Positions 1 through 15,334 are shown, numbered from the whole stretch's first letter. The stretch is 63,959 nt of DNA, filler included, from Octopus bimaculoides (GCF_001194135.2; 5 parts of 5 records of this genome joined end to end with filler, not necessarily neighbours in it), one strand, 5' to 3'. The notes: generated by a model not told the origin, from the sequence alone. Translations and numbers: made by a program.

Positions 1-437
1 AATATTATTATATGATTGAACGCCATTTCCAAGTAAGTTTTATCTTAATAATATCGATGCGACACTCTTTCGGTCCGTTTTCTGGATGTGGGTGGATGTG
101 GGTGCGGTGATGATGTGGGGTGGGGTGGGCTGAGGATGTGGAGAATGGGTGGAGTATATGGGAGTGGGATGTGTGGGGGTGCGGTGGTTGGAGGGGGTAT
201 CAATGAAGAGAGAAGGTGGGTAGGAGTGAAGAGAAGAAGAGTCAGATGAAGAGAGGAGGGGATGTGAGTCCATGTGGCGCAAATGAACGAATGGAGAAGT
301 TTAAATCCTGTTCACGACGAAGGCGGGAGTCCGGATGGTCCCTGTGCAAAAATCCTAACACAGACAGGTGTTGTAATGAATGACTAGTAGAGCGAGACCG
401 GGCTGTCATTACCGAGTCTAATATAGATGTATATGTA

Positions 438-528
438 AAGGCGGCGAGCTGGCAGAATCGTTAGCGCGCCGGGAGAAATGCTTAGAGTATTTTGTCCGTC
501 TTCATGTTCTGAGTTCAAATTCCGCAGG
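438..528 (+). mobile_element. tRNA-derived SINE family B, 5' fragment
   Basis: AAGGCGGCGAGCTGGCAGAATCGTTAGC...TTCTGAGTTCAAATTCCGC; contains a B-box-like GAGTTCAAATTCC and matches the fuller copy at 36341. Confidence 0.8.
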
Positions 529-538
529 GGGACACTGC

Positions 539-672
539 TGACCTCCCCTGTTCGAAGGTTATAAAGGACACAGGTTTCGTGTGTCACATAGCTAGCTAGA
601 AGCGATGGCTTCTTGGAGCTAATTCACGGCAGCTTTCGTCCTAATTTTGGGACTGCCATGTTGGCTTGGCGA

Positions 673-714
<42 letters not shown>

Positions 715-1096
715 CTCATATGTATATANNNNNNNNNNNNNNNNNNNNNNNNNNNNNNNNNNNNNNNNNNNNNNNNNNNNNNNNNNNNNNNNNNNNNNNN
801 NNNNNNNNNNNNNNNNNNNNNNNNNNNNNNNNNNNNNNNNNNNNNNNNNNNNNNNNNNNNNNNNNNNNNNNNNNNNNNNNNNNNNNNNNNNNNNNNNNNN
901 NNNNNNNNNNNNNNNNNNNNNNNNNNNNNNNNNNNNNNNNNNNNNNNNNNNNNNNNNNNNNNTGACCTCCCCTGTTCGAAGGTTATAAAGGACACAGGTT
1001 TCGTGTGTCACATAGCTAGCTAGAAGCGATGGCTTCTTGGAGCTAATTCACGGCAGCTTTCGTCCTAATTTTGGGACTGCCATGTTGGCTTGGCGA

Positions 1097-1138
<42 letters not shown>

Positions 1139-1152
1139 CTCATATGTATATA
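539..1152. repeat. 190-bp identical duplication flanking an N gap (probable unmerged contig overlap)
   Basis: 539-728 equals 963-1152; the two are separated by N at 729-962. Confidence 0.8.
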
Positions 1153-1800
1153 CACATATTTATGCATATATATACATGAGTATTATGTATGTGTGTATGT
1201 ATGTATATATATATATTTGTCATATTGGCGTGTGTGCGTGTAATACACACGCGCATACTTACACACACACACACACACACAGACAAGCTAAGAATGTGGC
1301 AGTTTCCTAAACAAAAACTAAAATAGAAAACAACAGATTGTTTAAAACCCGAATATGTCTTTACGAAAAATAATTAAAAATAACAAAAACATTTAAATCT
1401 TTAACAAACGACTCTTTTTCTCATTTTGCTCTACCCCCGCCCCTATCCCGTCATCTGTCGTCATGGATATCTTCCTCCTCGTCTAAGTCCTTTATTACAA
1501 TGATTGTATGTTCTTGTATTTTATTTTCAGTTCACATGTTACAACATTCCTTTCTTTCTTTCCTTCTGTTTCTCATTCTTCTTGTCTCTGTGTGTGTTTA
1601 TATATCCATGTATATGCTTAACATGTCTATTTATCTGTGTTTATGCAGGCGTGTGTCTGTATGTGTGTTTGTGTGCTGCTTGGCTATATGTATATCTGAA
1701 TGCCTATATGAGTTTGTACTTATGTTCGGGAGTGTGTGCATGTGGCCGAATGAGTGCTTTTCTCCGCGTGTATGTGCTTGAATGAATGTCTGTATGACAG

Positions 1801-1834
<34 letters not shown>

Positions 1835-2968
1835 TGTATGTATGTATGTTGTGATGTCCTGCAAATGTCATTTTGTTATAGTAGACACTATAAAAATGTT
1901 AACATGTGACTTTTTTATTTTATTATATTGATAATTTTGATAATTCGTAATATACTGATTCTACTGACTACAACTGACAAATATAAAATGGAACTGAGGA
2001 GGAAAAAAGTATGAAAGTATAGCTATCGACTATGGAATGATCTAGAATACATGGAGTGAAATGAAGAATTGTGAATTTCAGTACTTTCAATAATTTAGAG
2101 ACTGTGCATCTAAGTTTCAAAATAAGTCAGATTTATCGGAAAATAGATAAGAAATTGAATATAGACGGGAGGGAGAAAGAAAAAGAGGTAGAATAGAGAG
2201 AAATGGAAAACAAAGAATAGGAAGGGGAAAAGGGATAGAAAGAGGGAAAGAAAGATAGGAGTTAGACAAGAACCAAGTGATATGGGAATGGTGAAATAAT
2301 CTCAACAAAATTTTCTTTGCCATAGAATATCGTTCATACGATTATGAATTGGAAAAATTGTTAAGATTTTCATACAGAGAGTATGAAAATCATGATGTAA
2401 GAACAATAGTAACCAAAATAATGTACAAGAAATAGTGTGAACGTCAAATACTTTGAACTCTTCAACCGACGATAAAATATTTGGAACGAGTTCTTTGTCT
2501 TATATTTATGGAGGTTAACTTAGAATTAGCAAGTAGATAATACCCGGTTGAAAATGTTAGTTATTGGATTATGGTAAGTACATTTCTAGATTTGAATAGT
2601 GGAGTAAACTTCTAGCTTTGTAGCGTAGGTAAGTTGTTGATACCGAAATCTTTTTGTGGTATTTATTGGGTAAATTGCCCTTAACAGATACAACAGCCCT
2701 TCTTTCCATTGAGCGTTCATTACACGGTGTTTTATTACCAGTATGAGACTTAGCTCTAAATATTAAATTCCATTTGAAGGTGGAATGAATAGTCATTTCC
2801 TTTAAATGCCGAATAAGTTATTCACTATACTCCATTTGGGAGTTTAGTGAATGGCCTTTTCCTTTAAGTCTGAAATAATTTAGTGAGGGAATTCCTTCTT
2901 TTTCATCAAATTTTCTATGGATATGGTTATTCTGGTACAGCTTGTGAAGTGGAGATGTCAGACGTGTG

Positions 2969-3018
<50 letters not shown>

Positions 3019-3578
3019 CGTGAGCGCGCGCCTGTGTGTGGTTATTGGCGGTACTATTGGGTAATATCTGGGCACTCGGAGTCTAATGGAAAATTGCTAC
3101 GTTTAAAAACAATTGCAATCAGTATTGATATCAAGAGTACGGTTTCTTAGTTTGTTTTGTTTTCTTATTTCTTTCTTTTTTTCTTTTTTTTTGTAGAATC
3201 GAACTTGAATTTAGTGTTTTTTCTAGAATCAAACTAGAATTTAGAGTTTATGCAAAATTGGGTGTAATGGAGCAATGCAGTTTCAAAGATATAAATCGTG
3301 CCTTCCATCGTTTCCATTTCGGTTTTACGTATTACTGTTGAATCGTTCCGACATTTTACAAAAAAAAAAAAAAAAAAAAAAAAGGAAACAATCATCAGAA
3401 TCGATAGCAGATTTTAGGGTTTTCAGTAATGTTATAGATATATGGTGGTTGTCAACTCGCTCTTGAGTATGACCACCTTTCTGCGCTCCCTTCCTCTTTC
3501 ATTTTCAGATATGTCTTCTTGTCACAGTCCTCATTATTACGAAGATATACACTAAAATGACTGCAGATATACACTAAA

Positions 3579-3772
3579 GTGGCGGCATTGTTAGCAAGTC
3601 GGGCAAAATACTTAACGATATTTTGTCCGTCAGCATGTACTGAGTTCAAGTTCCACCTTTCATCCTTCCGAGGTTGTAAAATAAGTACCAGTTCATCACT
3701 GGGTTCGATCTAATCGACTCATTCCCTCCTCCGAACCTGCTGGCCTTGTGCTAAATTTTGAAATCAATATTT
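3579..3772 (+). mobile_element. SINE family B, degenerate
   Basis: Retains GAGTTCAAGTTCC, AAATAAGTACCAGT and the 3' end GGCCTTGTGCTAAATTTTGAAA seen in other copies. Confidence 0.7.
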
Positions 3773-5040
3773 AATATAAACAAATATGCAAAATTTGTAT
3801 AAGGAATTCCTTGGAAAACTAAGGAAAACCAGGTCCTCGGCATTTTGATGNNNNNNNNNNNNNNNNNNNNNNNNNNNNNNNNNNNNNNNNNNNNNNNNNN
3901 NNNNNNNNNNNNNNNNNNNNNNNNNNNNNNNNNNNNNNNNNNNNNNNNNNNNNNNNNNNNNNNNNNNNNNNNNNNNNNNNNNNNNNNNNNNNNNNNNNNN
4001 NNNNNNNNNNNNNNNNNNNNNNNNNNNNNNNNNNNNNNNNNNNNNNNNNNNNNNNNNNNNNNNNNNNNNNNNNNNNNNNNNNNNNNNNNNNNNNNNNNNN
4101 NNNNNNNNNNNNNNNNNNNNNNNNNNNNNNNNAGTAAAGACTTTATTATGACCTATGAATCATTTCGATGCAATATCAAGATCGATTCATGCATATTATA
4201 AAATATGGAATATTGTATCTCTTCAGGGTCGTATTAATTCATAGCAGACAGTAAAAATAGACAACATCCATAGACAACATTCATAGTTGTCCTATAATTA
4301 CATGTAAATAAACAAGTTGAAAAGACATGATACGTAATGAAACTGTATAGCATATCGGTATTGAAACCGTTAGAAGACAAAGTAAATGAGCATTGATGCT
4401 AATTTATGATGTTATCCTATGAAGTTAGATAACGAACCAGTACGGAACGCTGTACATTTAAAAAAAAAAGACCGTTGGACTTATGAAAGTAAATAAAAAA
4501 ACTCAGACAGGCCATATACGGTCAAACACCTTCAGTTTCTAGAGTCATTCTAGAGTTTTTCTGTTGCCATCAAAATGTCACCGTGACAATCCCTGAAGAC
4601 TTCTGGAGCTAAACTGACAACTCTATATTTCTCCCCATTGTCAGTTCTATGTCGCATGCCAGCGAGTTGCGAAGAGGTATTTTCATTGATACCCCAAACC
4701 GCATAAATGTTGTCCACATCGGAGCTTCTACTGAATAAAACTAATTTCTGATAAAATTCTAAGTTTTATGCGTTACATATCAAGTTAGAATTACAATAAG
4801 GTGGATATAAAGTAAAATATCGTATTTCCTTAAGTCATGAAATAAAATTTTCTGAAAGCAGTTTCAAACGGTTGGCATATCATAATGACGTACAAAATTC
4901 AACTTTAGAGATGTATCGGCATTATACTTATATTCAAATATATTGTGAATATACGCAAATATACTTACATACAAAAAGTTTTTCATAAAACCTTTCTATG
5001 TTTCTACTACAGACGCGGTACTCGAACTACACCTCTTTCT

Positions 5041-5429
5041 CTCACTCTTCTCCCTTGACTCTCTCGTTGCTCACACGTGACCAACGGCCATCCATCTTTC
5101 TTTCTTCTACTTCCTTCCTAAAGACAAGACGTGCTTTTACCTGTCTCTTCTCAAAGCTTGATTTCCTGTAGCCATATATGCTTGTATATATACATATATA
5201 TGTAGGTATGAACATATATGTATGCATATGTGCATATATTTATATATTATTTATATCATTATATGATCGAACGCCACGCATCCGTTTCCAAGTAAGTTTT
5301 ATCTTAATAATTACAATGCGCACTCTTATTCTATATCTATTCTTTCTATCTATCTCCCTCTCTTATTCTTCTTCCTTTCTGTTTTTCTCTCCCACCCTTT
5401 CCCTCTTCTTCTCCTCTCCCATTCACCGT

Positions 5430-5463
<34 letters not shown>

Positions 5464-6250
5464 TCTTCCTCCTTGACTCTCTCATTACTCACACGTGACT
5501 AACGGCCATTCAACTTTCTTTCTTCCACTTCCTTCCTAAAGACAAGACATGCTTCTACCTGCCTCTTTTCAAAGCTCGTTTTTCCAGCATTCACCACTTC
5601 ACATCGTCTTGTTGTGTTTACTGTTTGTGTTTACTGTTTTGTTCTCACTGTCCTGTTTTTGTTACCACTTTCACCCTCCGCAAAAAATCCCAAATATTAT
5701 TTAATTTGCTTTGCGAGAAGGACTATTTTAACGAAGTGGCGTCTTATCCCTACCTTCAAAATGCGGAGTAGATAAAATAGGGGACAACTGATGACGGGAA
5801 TGTTCTTTATGTAGCCTGTCTCGTTTCTCTCTTTGTTTGTTTCTTTCGTTGTTCGAAAAAAGTTCGCTTTCTATGTTCTTGTTTTTTGTTCTCGTTTCTC
5901 ATTTTGCCTACGTTTTTTTATGTCCTGTACCCATATATGCATGTATATATACATATATATCTAGGTATGTACATATATGTATGTATATATGCATATATAT
6001 ATATATATATANNNNNNNNNNNNNNNNNNNNNNNNNNNNNNNNNNTATATATGGGAGAATTTACGAAAAAAAACAACAGACGAAGACAGGTGGTGTAAAC
6101 AACAAATGGATGTATTAGTTTAACGCTCGGGAATAGAGAAAGTCTTTGACGTTTTGAGCTACGCTCTTCAACTGAAAGGAGCACAGAAAGAAATAAGGAG
6201 AGAAACAAGGAGAAAAAAATATAAATGTAGTGGTCACCGATCTATCATGG
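5041..6250. repeat. Compound interspersed repeat, probably a PLE pseudo-LTR relic
   Basis: 5041-5157 is repeated with divergence at about 5461-5577. 5258-5327 resembles window positions 8-70. 6085-6250 resembles 62140-62300 and carries a hammerhead-like motif. Confidence 0.55.
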
Positions 6251-6305
6251 CGAACTCCGGATAGAAGGATCACACAGGAGAGCTAAGAAAAAGGGGAGAT
6301 ATTGA

Positions 6306-6569
6306 AGGCGCATGACTCAGTGGTTAAAGCGTCGGAAACACATTCATCAAGTAGGAAGTTCGAATCCCAGTACGGGCTCTGTGTGTGTTCTTGAGCAAGA
6401 CACTTTATTCCACATTGCTCCAGTTCACTCAGCTATAGAAATGGGTTGCGACGTTACTGGTACCAAACTGTATCGGCCTTTTCCTTTCCCTTGGATAACA
6501 TCGTACTTGTGTCTCGGAAGATAACATTTTAGGTGCAATCCCAAGATAATTCATGACCGAAGGGGGTCT
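6306..6569 (+). mobile_element. tRNA-derived SINE family D (internally deleted)
   Basis: Head GGCGCATGACTCAGTGGTTAAAGCG...GGAAGTTCGAATCCC (A/B boxes); body shared with 56250-56578; (CATA)n tail. Confidence 0.8.
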
Positions 6570-6618
6570 ATACATACATACATACATACATACATACATG
6601 CATACATACATACATACA

Positions 6619-6654
<36 letters not shown>

Positions 6655-6992
6655 CACACACACAGAAAATGTCTTACCACACACAAAGAATTGTATTTCA
6701 ATAATAAGAGATATACTGAACAGTAATTCATATTCACCAATCCATAAGTAAAAGAAAAAAATACAACGTTCGCAAATCGCTTTACAGAACACCTAGACAG
6801 AATAAATTACGACCGAACTGAGCTAAGAAAAACAGGATGTCAGAAAAACCATCACTACCAACCAGTAAACCATAACGAAATTAAAAGAAACAGTTTCAAA
6901 CAATCTAGTTGAATTATAAAAAAATTAAGCAACAAGAAAATAAGTAAACAGGATATAAAAATTAACCAAAAAAAAAGAGATCGGTAACAAAA

Positions 6993-7063
<71 letters not shown>

Positions 7064-7845
7064 TTAAAATCACAAAATTCAAATTCAAAAGGAAAGGGTA
7101 CTTAGATAAACAACAGTAAAGACAACTAAGGAAATCATAATACAAATAACAATTTAGCAAATGATTAGACGAAAGGCACGGTCAACAGCCTAAAATACAG
7201 AATAACGAGGTAACGAAACAACATCGAAAACCAATAAAAATAATAGCCGCATAATATACAGAAAAAAAAATCAACATATGAAAATAACATCAGAAAACAA
7301 ACAGTGGTCACCCAATCCAGTGTATATAAAATAAGTGAAACAGTTCTGGCTTGGAGATTGTTATGACGTGAAACTCAAGTTACTTGATAATTCAATTTGA
7401 ATAGTAATATACGTTACAAGCAATGAGTTGTCAATTCATTTTTCAATGCAGTACATTATAATTTGAAATGTTTCAAAAAATTATGTTATGATTGCGTTAT
7501 TCACTTGACAGGTGCACAGACAACTATCATTTGTTTTGCGTGATGACAGAAATATATTACAGAAAGAGTGTAGTATTGTTATATTCTGGGTAGGAACGTT
7601 TAACTCAAATAACCATTTGAGATATTTACCTCTCTTCGGGCGTTGAGTCCAAACATAAGTATATCTGTGCGTGCACACATACACGCATATACTCAGTCAT
7701 AAATTTTTTTTAATTTTCAACTTCGTTTTTCATGCTTCTCACTCGTGTGAAAAGAACTATTTTCCTACACACAGGCGCGCGCGCGTGCACGTGTGTACGC
7801 ACGTGTGTCTGTAAATATGTTTACATTTAGCGAAAAATGAAAGAA

Positions 7846-7919
<74 letters not shown>

Positions 7920-9729
7920 NNNNNNNNNNNNNNNNNNNNNNNNNNNNNNNNNNNNNNNNNNNNNNNNNNNNNNNNNNNNNNNNNNNNNNNNNNNNNNNNN
8001 NNNNNNNNNNNNNNNNNNNNNNNNNNNNNNNNNNNNNNNNNNNNNNNNNNNNNNNNNNNNNNNNNNNNNNNNNNNNNNNNNNNNNNNNNNNNNNNNNNNN
8101 NNNNNNNNNNNNNNNNNNNNNNNNNNNNNNNNNNNNNNNNNNNNNNNNNNNNNNNNNNNNNNNNNNNNNNNNNNNNNNNNNNNNNNNNNNNNNNNNNNNN
8201 NNNNNNNNNNNNNNNNNNNNNNNNNNNNNNNNNNNNNNNNNNNNNNNNNNNNNNNNNNNNNNNNNNNNNNNNNNNNNNNNNNNNNNNNNNNNNNNNNNNN
8301 NNNNNNNNNNNNNNNNNNNNNNNNNNNNNNNNNNNNNNNNNNNNNNNNNNNNNNNNNNNNNNNNNNNNNNNNNNNNNNNNNNNNNNNNNNNNNNNNNNNN
8401 NNAGTTTTAGGGAAAATAACCAAGTTTCAAGAACTCATCGATGAAAATCCACTATCACATATAGAAAAATTAACAATTAAAAGCACAATAAATGAGTATA
8501 ATATCAAGCAAAGTAAATATCATAAGATAAATATAATAAAATGATTACACGTGTTTCATAACTAAATTTCAAATAGAAAGGAAATTTAAATCGATTAAAA
8601 TCAATTGAAATTATCGAAAATAAATTCTATTAAAAAATATAGCTAATCGTCAGATCGTAAGTAGAACAATAGTTAGATATATATATCTCAACCAACAATA
8701 AGTACCAAATGAATTAATATGAAATACTTATTTTATAAAGATAGAAAAATTAAACATCGGCTGGAATACTACGCGCAAATTCTTTCTTTGCATCCTAATA
8801 TTATTCCGATTTCTTTACTTGCTTATGCTGACAGTTTTATCGCGGAAAATGTTAATGTATCGTTATTCGTAAAGTGATCTCATGTTGATTTGAAAGCGAT
8901 AAGATGACGGAAGTCAATTTATTTTTTTATAACAGTAATTACATAAATTATTAAAATAAAATAAAACAACAAACATGAAAATTAATAGTAAATGACAGTG
9001 TATCAACAGGATGCCAAATTTAGGGTGTCAAGGTTCTGGTAGAGGTAACTAAATTTTATATACACTTGGGATTGATAAACTAACGTTTCAAGTCATTAAA
9101 TAAATTTCCGAAGGATTAGAATGATAAACATCTTTAAAATACGATATAATTTATTCAAAAGAAGTTAGGTTTACTTCTTTAACTTCTTGTAATCCTATCA
9201 ACGCAAGAAAAAGGCTAAGACAATGTCTTTATTGGGGATAGTATTAATCTAGTGCATTTGATGGTAATAGTTGTAGTCTCTAGGTCCAAGAAACGTTTCT
9301 GTAATTTCTTGCTGAACAAGCTGTACAGATTATTTGTTTATAGTGATATTACCTGTACATGTGTACGGTGTGACATATCAAATGTCGAAGTGATTGCAGA
9401 GCAGTATGAGATGAAATGTTTTGCTGAAGAACACTATGCACCACACGGTCCGGGAATGGAATCCACGATCTCACGATCGTAAGTGCAACACCCTAACCAC
9501 TAGGCCAAGCATTTAATGAACTGTTTATTAAACCATGTTCTGTTTGATTTCTGCTTTGAAAGGTCTACAGCATAATAGCCTAACATTTCACACACTTTAT
9601 TTTAATTATGGATATTAGAAGCTAGGTGTTGACGTAGCTTACATTAATGAATTATTCCCATTCTAAATATGAAAAGAATTTCCATATGTGATGAGTTGAA
9701 AACCTTCAATTTACTGGCAATTAGACAAC

Positions 9730-10140
<411 letters not shown>

Positions 10141-10149
10141 AAAAAAAAA

Positions 10150-10519
10150 TTCGTGTTTCATTGGCCACAAGGGCTAATATAAATTAAGAACATGTAAGGA
10201 CAAAGACAGGACGAAAAGTACAAAGGGTTTTGTCCAAAAAGAAAACGTTCGTGTAAACATTAATAACAGCGAAAAATATAACAAATAAAATTCCCAATAG
10301 AAGGAGGCGCTTTGAAAGGTTACACGTAAAAAAACCCATAAAAGCTTTGGGATCCTGGTCAAATGGGGGTAGAGAGCCCTTTCTCCTTTTTTATTACCGT
10401 TTTTTTACAGGTGTAACCTCAGAATTGGTCCGTTGATACTGGCCATTTTACCAACAGTCACCCACCTTTCAATAAATTTGCTACGAGACAGCACTTCCCT
10501 CTCTACTCTCATCTTTCTC
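10150..10519 (-). mobile_element. Tx1/L1-clade LINE, 5'-truncated 3' end
   Basis: Minus frame RKMRVEREVLSRSKFIERWVTVGKMASINGPILRLHL* resembles the ORF2 C-terminus of this family (recall); its 3' UTR runs into an (ATT)n tail. Confidence 0.6.
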
Positions 10520-11203
10520 GTCTCAGGATGTCCTGTGCTGACACCAAACGAATACAAAAATCGCCATGATAGGATAGGACAGTATTTATAACGGAAAATA
10601 TGTAAACACTGCAAAATCAGCACTCCTGCTTACTGATATGAACATCATCCTGAGCCAGTCGTTGAAGGTAAAAACGTCACTATCCTCTGGGATTTTCCAG
10701 TCAACACCGCCAGAACGATCCAGAATATTTGACCAGACATAGTCATTAAAGACAAGGAAGAAAATACTTGTAAACTAATACATGTAAGTGTTCCCACTGA
10801 TAAAACTATATCTGTAAAGGAATTTCACAAATTAAGTAAATATAAGGACCTGGAAATTAAAATACAAAAGATATGACATCCTAAAGCGAGAACTGTTCCT
10901 CTTAGAGTGGGTGCCCTAGGTATGATAAGAAAGGGATGTCAGAAACATGTAGATAATATCACAGGAGAACTATGTCTCAGAGCAATCCAAAAGATTGTGC
11001 TGACATGTACTGCCTACATCCTTAGAAAAATCCTATTCATTTAAATGTCTGTGTTGTATTAAATGAAGATATTTCGCTGCTGCCCTTGCCACTTCCCCTC
11101 CCCAAGCTTTCAGCCATATTGTAACATCTCTTATCCTTCATTCGCCGTAGGTGACTGAGTCTGTCTCAGCAAGTGATTGTAACAAGCATGCAGATTAAAA
11201 GTA

Positions 11204-11280
<77 letters not shown>
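10520..11280 (+). mobile_element. R4/Dong-like non-LTR retrotransposon, 5'-truncated RLE domain plus 3' UTR and (TAA)n tail
   Basis: VSGCPVLTPNEYKNRHDRIG...EHHPEPVVEGKNVTILWDFPV...PDIVIKDKEENTCKLIHVSVP...KLSKYKDLEI...VGALGMI...IQKIVL. Shows RHD and PD-(D/E)xK motifs with several stops; ORF stop at 11042-11044. Confidence 0.85.
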
Positions 11281-11281
<1 letters not shown>

Positions 11282-11322
11282 CGGCTGTAAAGATCAATTA
11301 TTGATCAATAAAGCCATAACTG

Positions 11323-11422
11323 NNNNNNNNNNNNNNNNNNNNNNNNNNNNNNNNNNNNNNNNNNNNTTAATTAATTAANNNNNNNNNNNNNNNNNNNNNN
11401 NNNNNNNNNNNNNNNNNNNNNN
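11323..11422. other. Artificial scaffold-join gap (N44-TTAATTAATTAA-N44)
   Basis: Exactly 100 bp with a six-frame stop linker at 11367-11378. Confidence 0.9.
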
Positions 11423-11971
11423 ACACACACACACACACACACACACAAGCTGGCGGATTTGAAGAGTTGAAAGAAGTATGATACCACGACCACTGCCACC
11501 ACGACCACCACCGCCACCGCCGCCACGATCACCACAACCACGACTACCGCCGCCGCCGCCGCAGACAACACCAACACCGCAAACACTACGATAAACATTA
11601 CATAACTCAGTCTGCACCCAAACGAACAACGTGAACAATATCCGCAAAGAAATATCATAACCTACACGTCCGTAGATACGAACAAAGAATTAACGAACCA
11701 TATACATTAACACATAAATGCTACGCCCAATGACTACATGACACTAAAAAATAACATTCACAACTCTCATATAAACCCTAAAACCTACACAAGAAACTTG
11801 TAAAAAACAAAGACAAAAATATATCACAACGGAAAGGGAGATTTACGAGGGACAATAAATAAAAGAATATTCAAAGATTTATAGTTGAGAATACTTACAT
11901 CTAATGGGAAGGAGGGATAACCTGTCCTCCAGGAATAAGATAAGTGGTCACTCTCACTCCCCCCCCCCCCC

Positions 11972-14412
11972 GCATTGAAAACAAGCCACCTGCCTAACTT
12001 GACGAAGATGTGGTGGTCATCAGCTAGACCAGAATTTTCAAGACATGAGCCTTCGCGTCCATTTTCGAGGGAAACGAGGTGTACATATCTATAAGTCGAC
12101 TGGTATCGGCAGAGTCCATATGTTGTTTCACATATGTCTGCACCTCGCAATATCTTTCTGGATTCAGAAGGTAAATACGTGTTGCTGGGCGTGACTAGCA
12201 GCGATGGTCAGCGAAACCCAGACAGGGGCGGGATAGTCAGATTTGTTTAGGCATCTAGAATCTTCTCTGGGACTGTACCATTATTTAGTGCTAGTGTGAG
12301 ATTTGAACGGCATCTTGGATGCACGCTGGGATTGTGTAGGATCAACCGACAGGAGAGGTAGTACAAATATCTCTAAAACTTGCTTAAAGGTTTCCAACTG
12401 CCTGACAGGTACGAAATATAGGTTTTCCGAATGTACCATAGATAAACCGAAACAGGTTATTCAGATCGTATGTAGATAGTGTATTCTGTTGGCGAATAGA
12501 TAGGGATATCGTAAATTGGCTACATAGACATAAATTTGTTATCTGAATTGTTGATCTAGATAGTTTTCATTGATAGAGACCCAGTTACCAGAAATTGAAT
12601 GTGCCTTTCAACAAGTTTGACTGAGAAAATCGCCAACAACAAATTGTTTTTTTTAGAGTAATTAGACAAGAGTTAGTGAGTATCTAGCAATAGAGAAAAC
12701 TAGATGAGTGAGAGGCCTAGTTAGAACCTTAGAAGAAGCGCTTTGGAAAGGTATCGTGACCAACGTGTTTGAGGCGAAATTTGCCCTCAGCGTAAAACAA
12801 TCACAAAAGCTGCATTGCCAGAGATAAAGTACATGCTCTAAGACGAGAGAGAGAGAGAGAGAAAAAAACTCGAACAAACGAAAGCCGTGCCAAGGGGCAG
12901 AGGTGCAATGTGGAAACGAAAGTCATAATTCAGTCTTTGGTAAACAATCTTGAAAATGTGATACTCAATTCCAAGTAGATGTATACGACTTTCCAGCAGC
13001 TCTTTGTTCCATTTTTCGGCAAGGAAGGCAGAGAGTTGCAAAAAGCCGATAATAGCTATGGAAATACTGGGAACGTAGGTTGGTTGCGTGGGGTGCAAAG
13101 GTTCTGGTTTGGATAGTCTTTCCTACGAGCTTTACGTTCGGTAAACTCTTGGAAGATATCTACCACTTTTGGCGGCAAAACGTGAGAACCGCCTGTCCTG
13201 TGAGCTGAGGAGCGGTAGCGCTGCTAAAAAAAACATTTCGAATAAGTGGAATTACATTGATAATTTCAGACCCCATAATTTCGCTAAACGTAATACTTTA
13301 TAAAGATGTATCGCATGAGGTTGGGCAAGGAACCTGGCGCGAGTAGGACCTTGTTCAACTTAGATCAATTGAAAGCTTATATTAGGTTCGACTACCAATA
13401 TTTGGCAGCTCTTCTCACAGCCGGTTTTGGTCTCGTCTTCAGGGGTTGGATCGCCTCATTATGTAGCAACATCTGCTCGGTGCTAGGGCGAGTGGCCATT
13501 TATCAGAACCATTTACTATCATGTGCTAGATCCGTCAAGGCTGTACCCTCTCATTCTTTCTGACTGTACCGACTCATGAGTCACTACTGCAAATAACTAG
13601 AGATAGTAAGGGACAGCGCGCGCGAACTAGGATGCAGAGATCGTAATAGTGTCTTACACCAATCACATCAAGGTGATCAGCGCTGCTCTCAGAAAGTACA
13701 AGGCAATAACAAGGGCCAAAATCAGTCAGCTAAAGTCAAAGGCCTGCAACATAGCATATGGAGAAGTAGTTCCATACTGTCCAGTAGAAAAATGAGGCTC
13801 TGGTTAGATGGACCGATTAAATTTCTCAAGTTATGATTTAGTTTAGGTCTCCAGGTGGGAAAGATGTGTGACGAGGTGACGAGATGGTGCTCAGCCTCGT
13901 CAAAATATGGACTGGACCGAAGGGAAGCCATTCACTGCCCGATCTTCCAGGTTTGCTAGAGTTAGCGTAAGCCTAAATCGCCTACGCCAACTATTACCTT
14001 TTATCAAAGCCAATTAACCTTAAAACCTGGAGCAAAGAAGCAAACACACTGCAAACAATGTAGATCATTATTTTACTCCCTTAATTGTATTTTGATGGAT
14101 GTCCCAGAGCAAGAGAAGAAGGCCAATACTAGTGGAGGTACGAAAAGGCCTTTACATAGATTGTCAATTGGACGGACTTACAGTAAGTTGAAGCTTACAA
14201 GCAAAACTATCCAAAGGTATCAGATTCCAAAGGAAGGTGACAAGGCTCCTGAAGCAAAAGCAGCTGCGCGGGATCTGTTTCCTATTTTGTATCAAACTTT
14301 TGATTGGGAGATGCAAGTGGATCTGAAGGGTAGACTCTTCTGTATAGAAGAGGCGGCAACGATATCGTTCCGGCCATGGTTCTTGTATCCAAGAGCACAA
14401 AACCGTCCATAA
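11972..14412 (+). mobile_element. Decayed Tx1/L1-clade LINE ORF2 (APE endonuclease + reverse transcriptase)
   Basis: Endonuclease remnants DEDVVVIS*TRI, NIFLDSEGKYVLL, *DLNGILDAR. RT remnants KGSGLDSLSYELY (13097), NLDQLKAY..FDYQYLAA..AGFG..FRGWIA, IRQGCTL, WLDGPIKFL. Many stops and frameshifts; the 3' boundary is approximate. Confidence 0.8.
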
Positions 14413-15334
14413 AATAAAGTGTTAGTCTAGTCATGGTGTCGTTATAATCGACTAATTCTCTCCTCTTAAATTTCACGCTTCGAGTCTATTTTAGAAACAG
14501 TTAAAGTTGGTGAGCTGGAAGAATCTTTAGAGAGTCACAAAATATGATTTGCAGTAATTGTTCCGGCTGTTCAGATTCTGAGTTCAAATTCCGTTGACGT
14601 CAAATTTATCTTTTATTATTTCGGGATTGATAAAACAGAGTATCATTCTAATATTGAAATTGATGGTATCTGTTAAGCTCTCCACCACCTCAAAGGTACT
14701 GGCCATATACCTAAATAAGAAACTGTATAATCAATATGTAATGAAGTTGAAGGGAGAGTGGAAGTACAACGTTTGACACTAGTTCAGCTGAGCAAGTCAA
14801 GTCGTCAACCTGAATATTTATGGAACATTAACCTGCATCTTCTGTCAAAGTTTACTCTCTAAGGTTTTATTATTAACAAAGCGTTCACAAAACAGTGGAG
14901 CTTTTTACTCACAGCTAGGAGTGTTACATGCGGAAGCGTTAAACATAGTCTCATTAATTTTACATTGTAAGTAGAAGGAGCCATTCTGCAACATCCCGCT
15001 GTACCTATTTAGAGTTTTAATTTCAGCTAACTGATTATTAAGTGTTGTAACCATGAACAAAGCTGTCTTAGCAACATTAAAGCTCTCAAAGTAATGCTCT
15101 GGGGCCTATAATAATTACTCATTCACCGCAAACCACAACATGCATAAAAAGGCATTCGACCTCGCTACCTGTGGGTTTGCTGAGCAACTGCTTAGTGTAC
15201 TCCATTCCTTACGACGTTACTGGCCTTAAGTACCATCCTGTGGTAATGACAACATACAGCCTGTTGATTTCTTAGCTGGTTTCCTGTTTATACATACCAT
15301 GAAGCTCAATTAGTTACAAGACAATAGTTAGCAT

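Noticed and set aside
88-195. G-quadruplex-capable GGG runs
   Set aside because: Low-complexity purine-rich sequence next to a repeat relic; nothing suggests function.
5787-5860. CTGATGA as another hammerhead core
   Set aside because: No closing stem II plus GAAA at a plausible distance.
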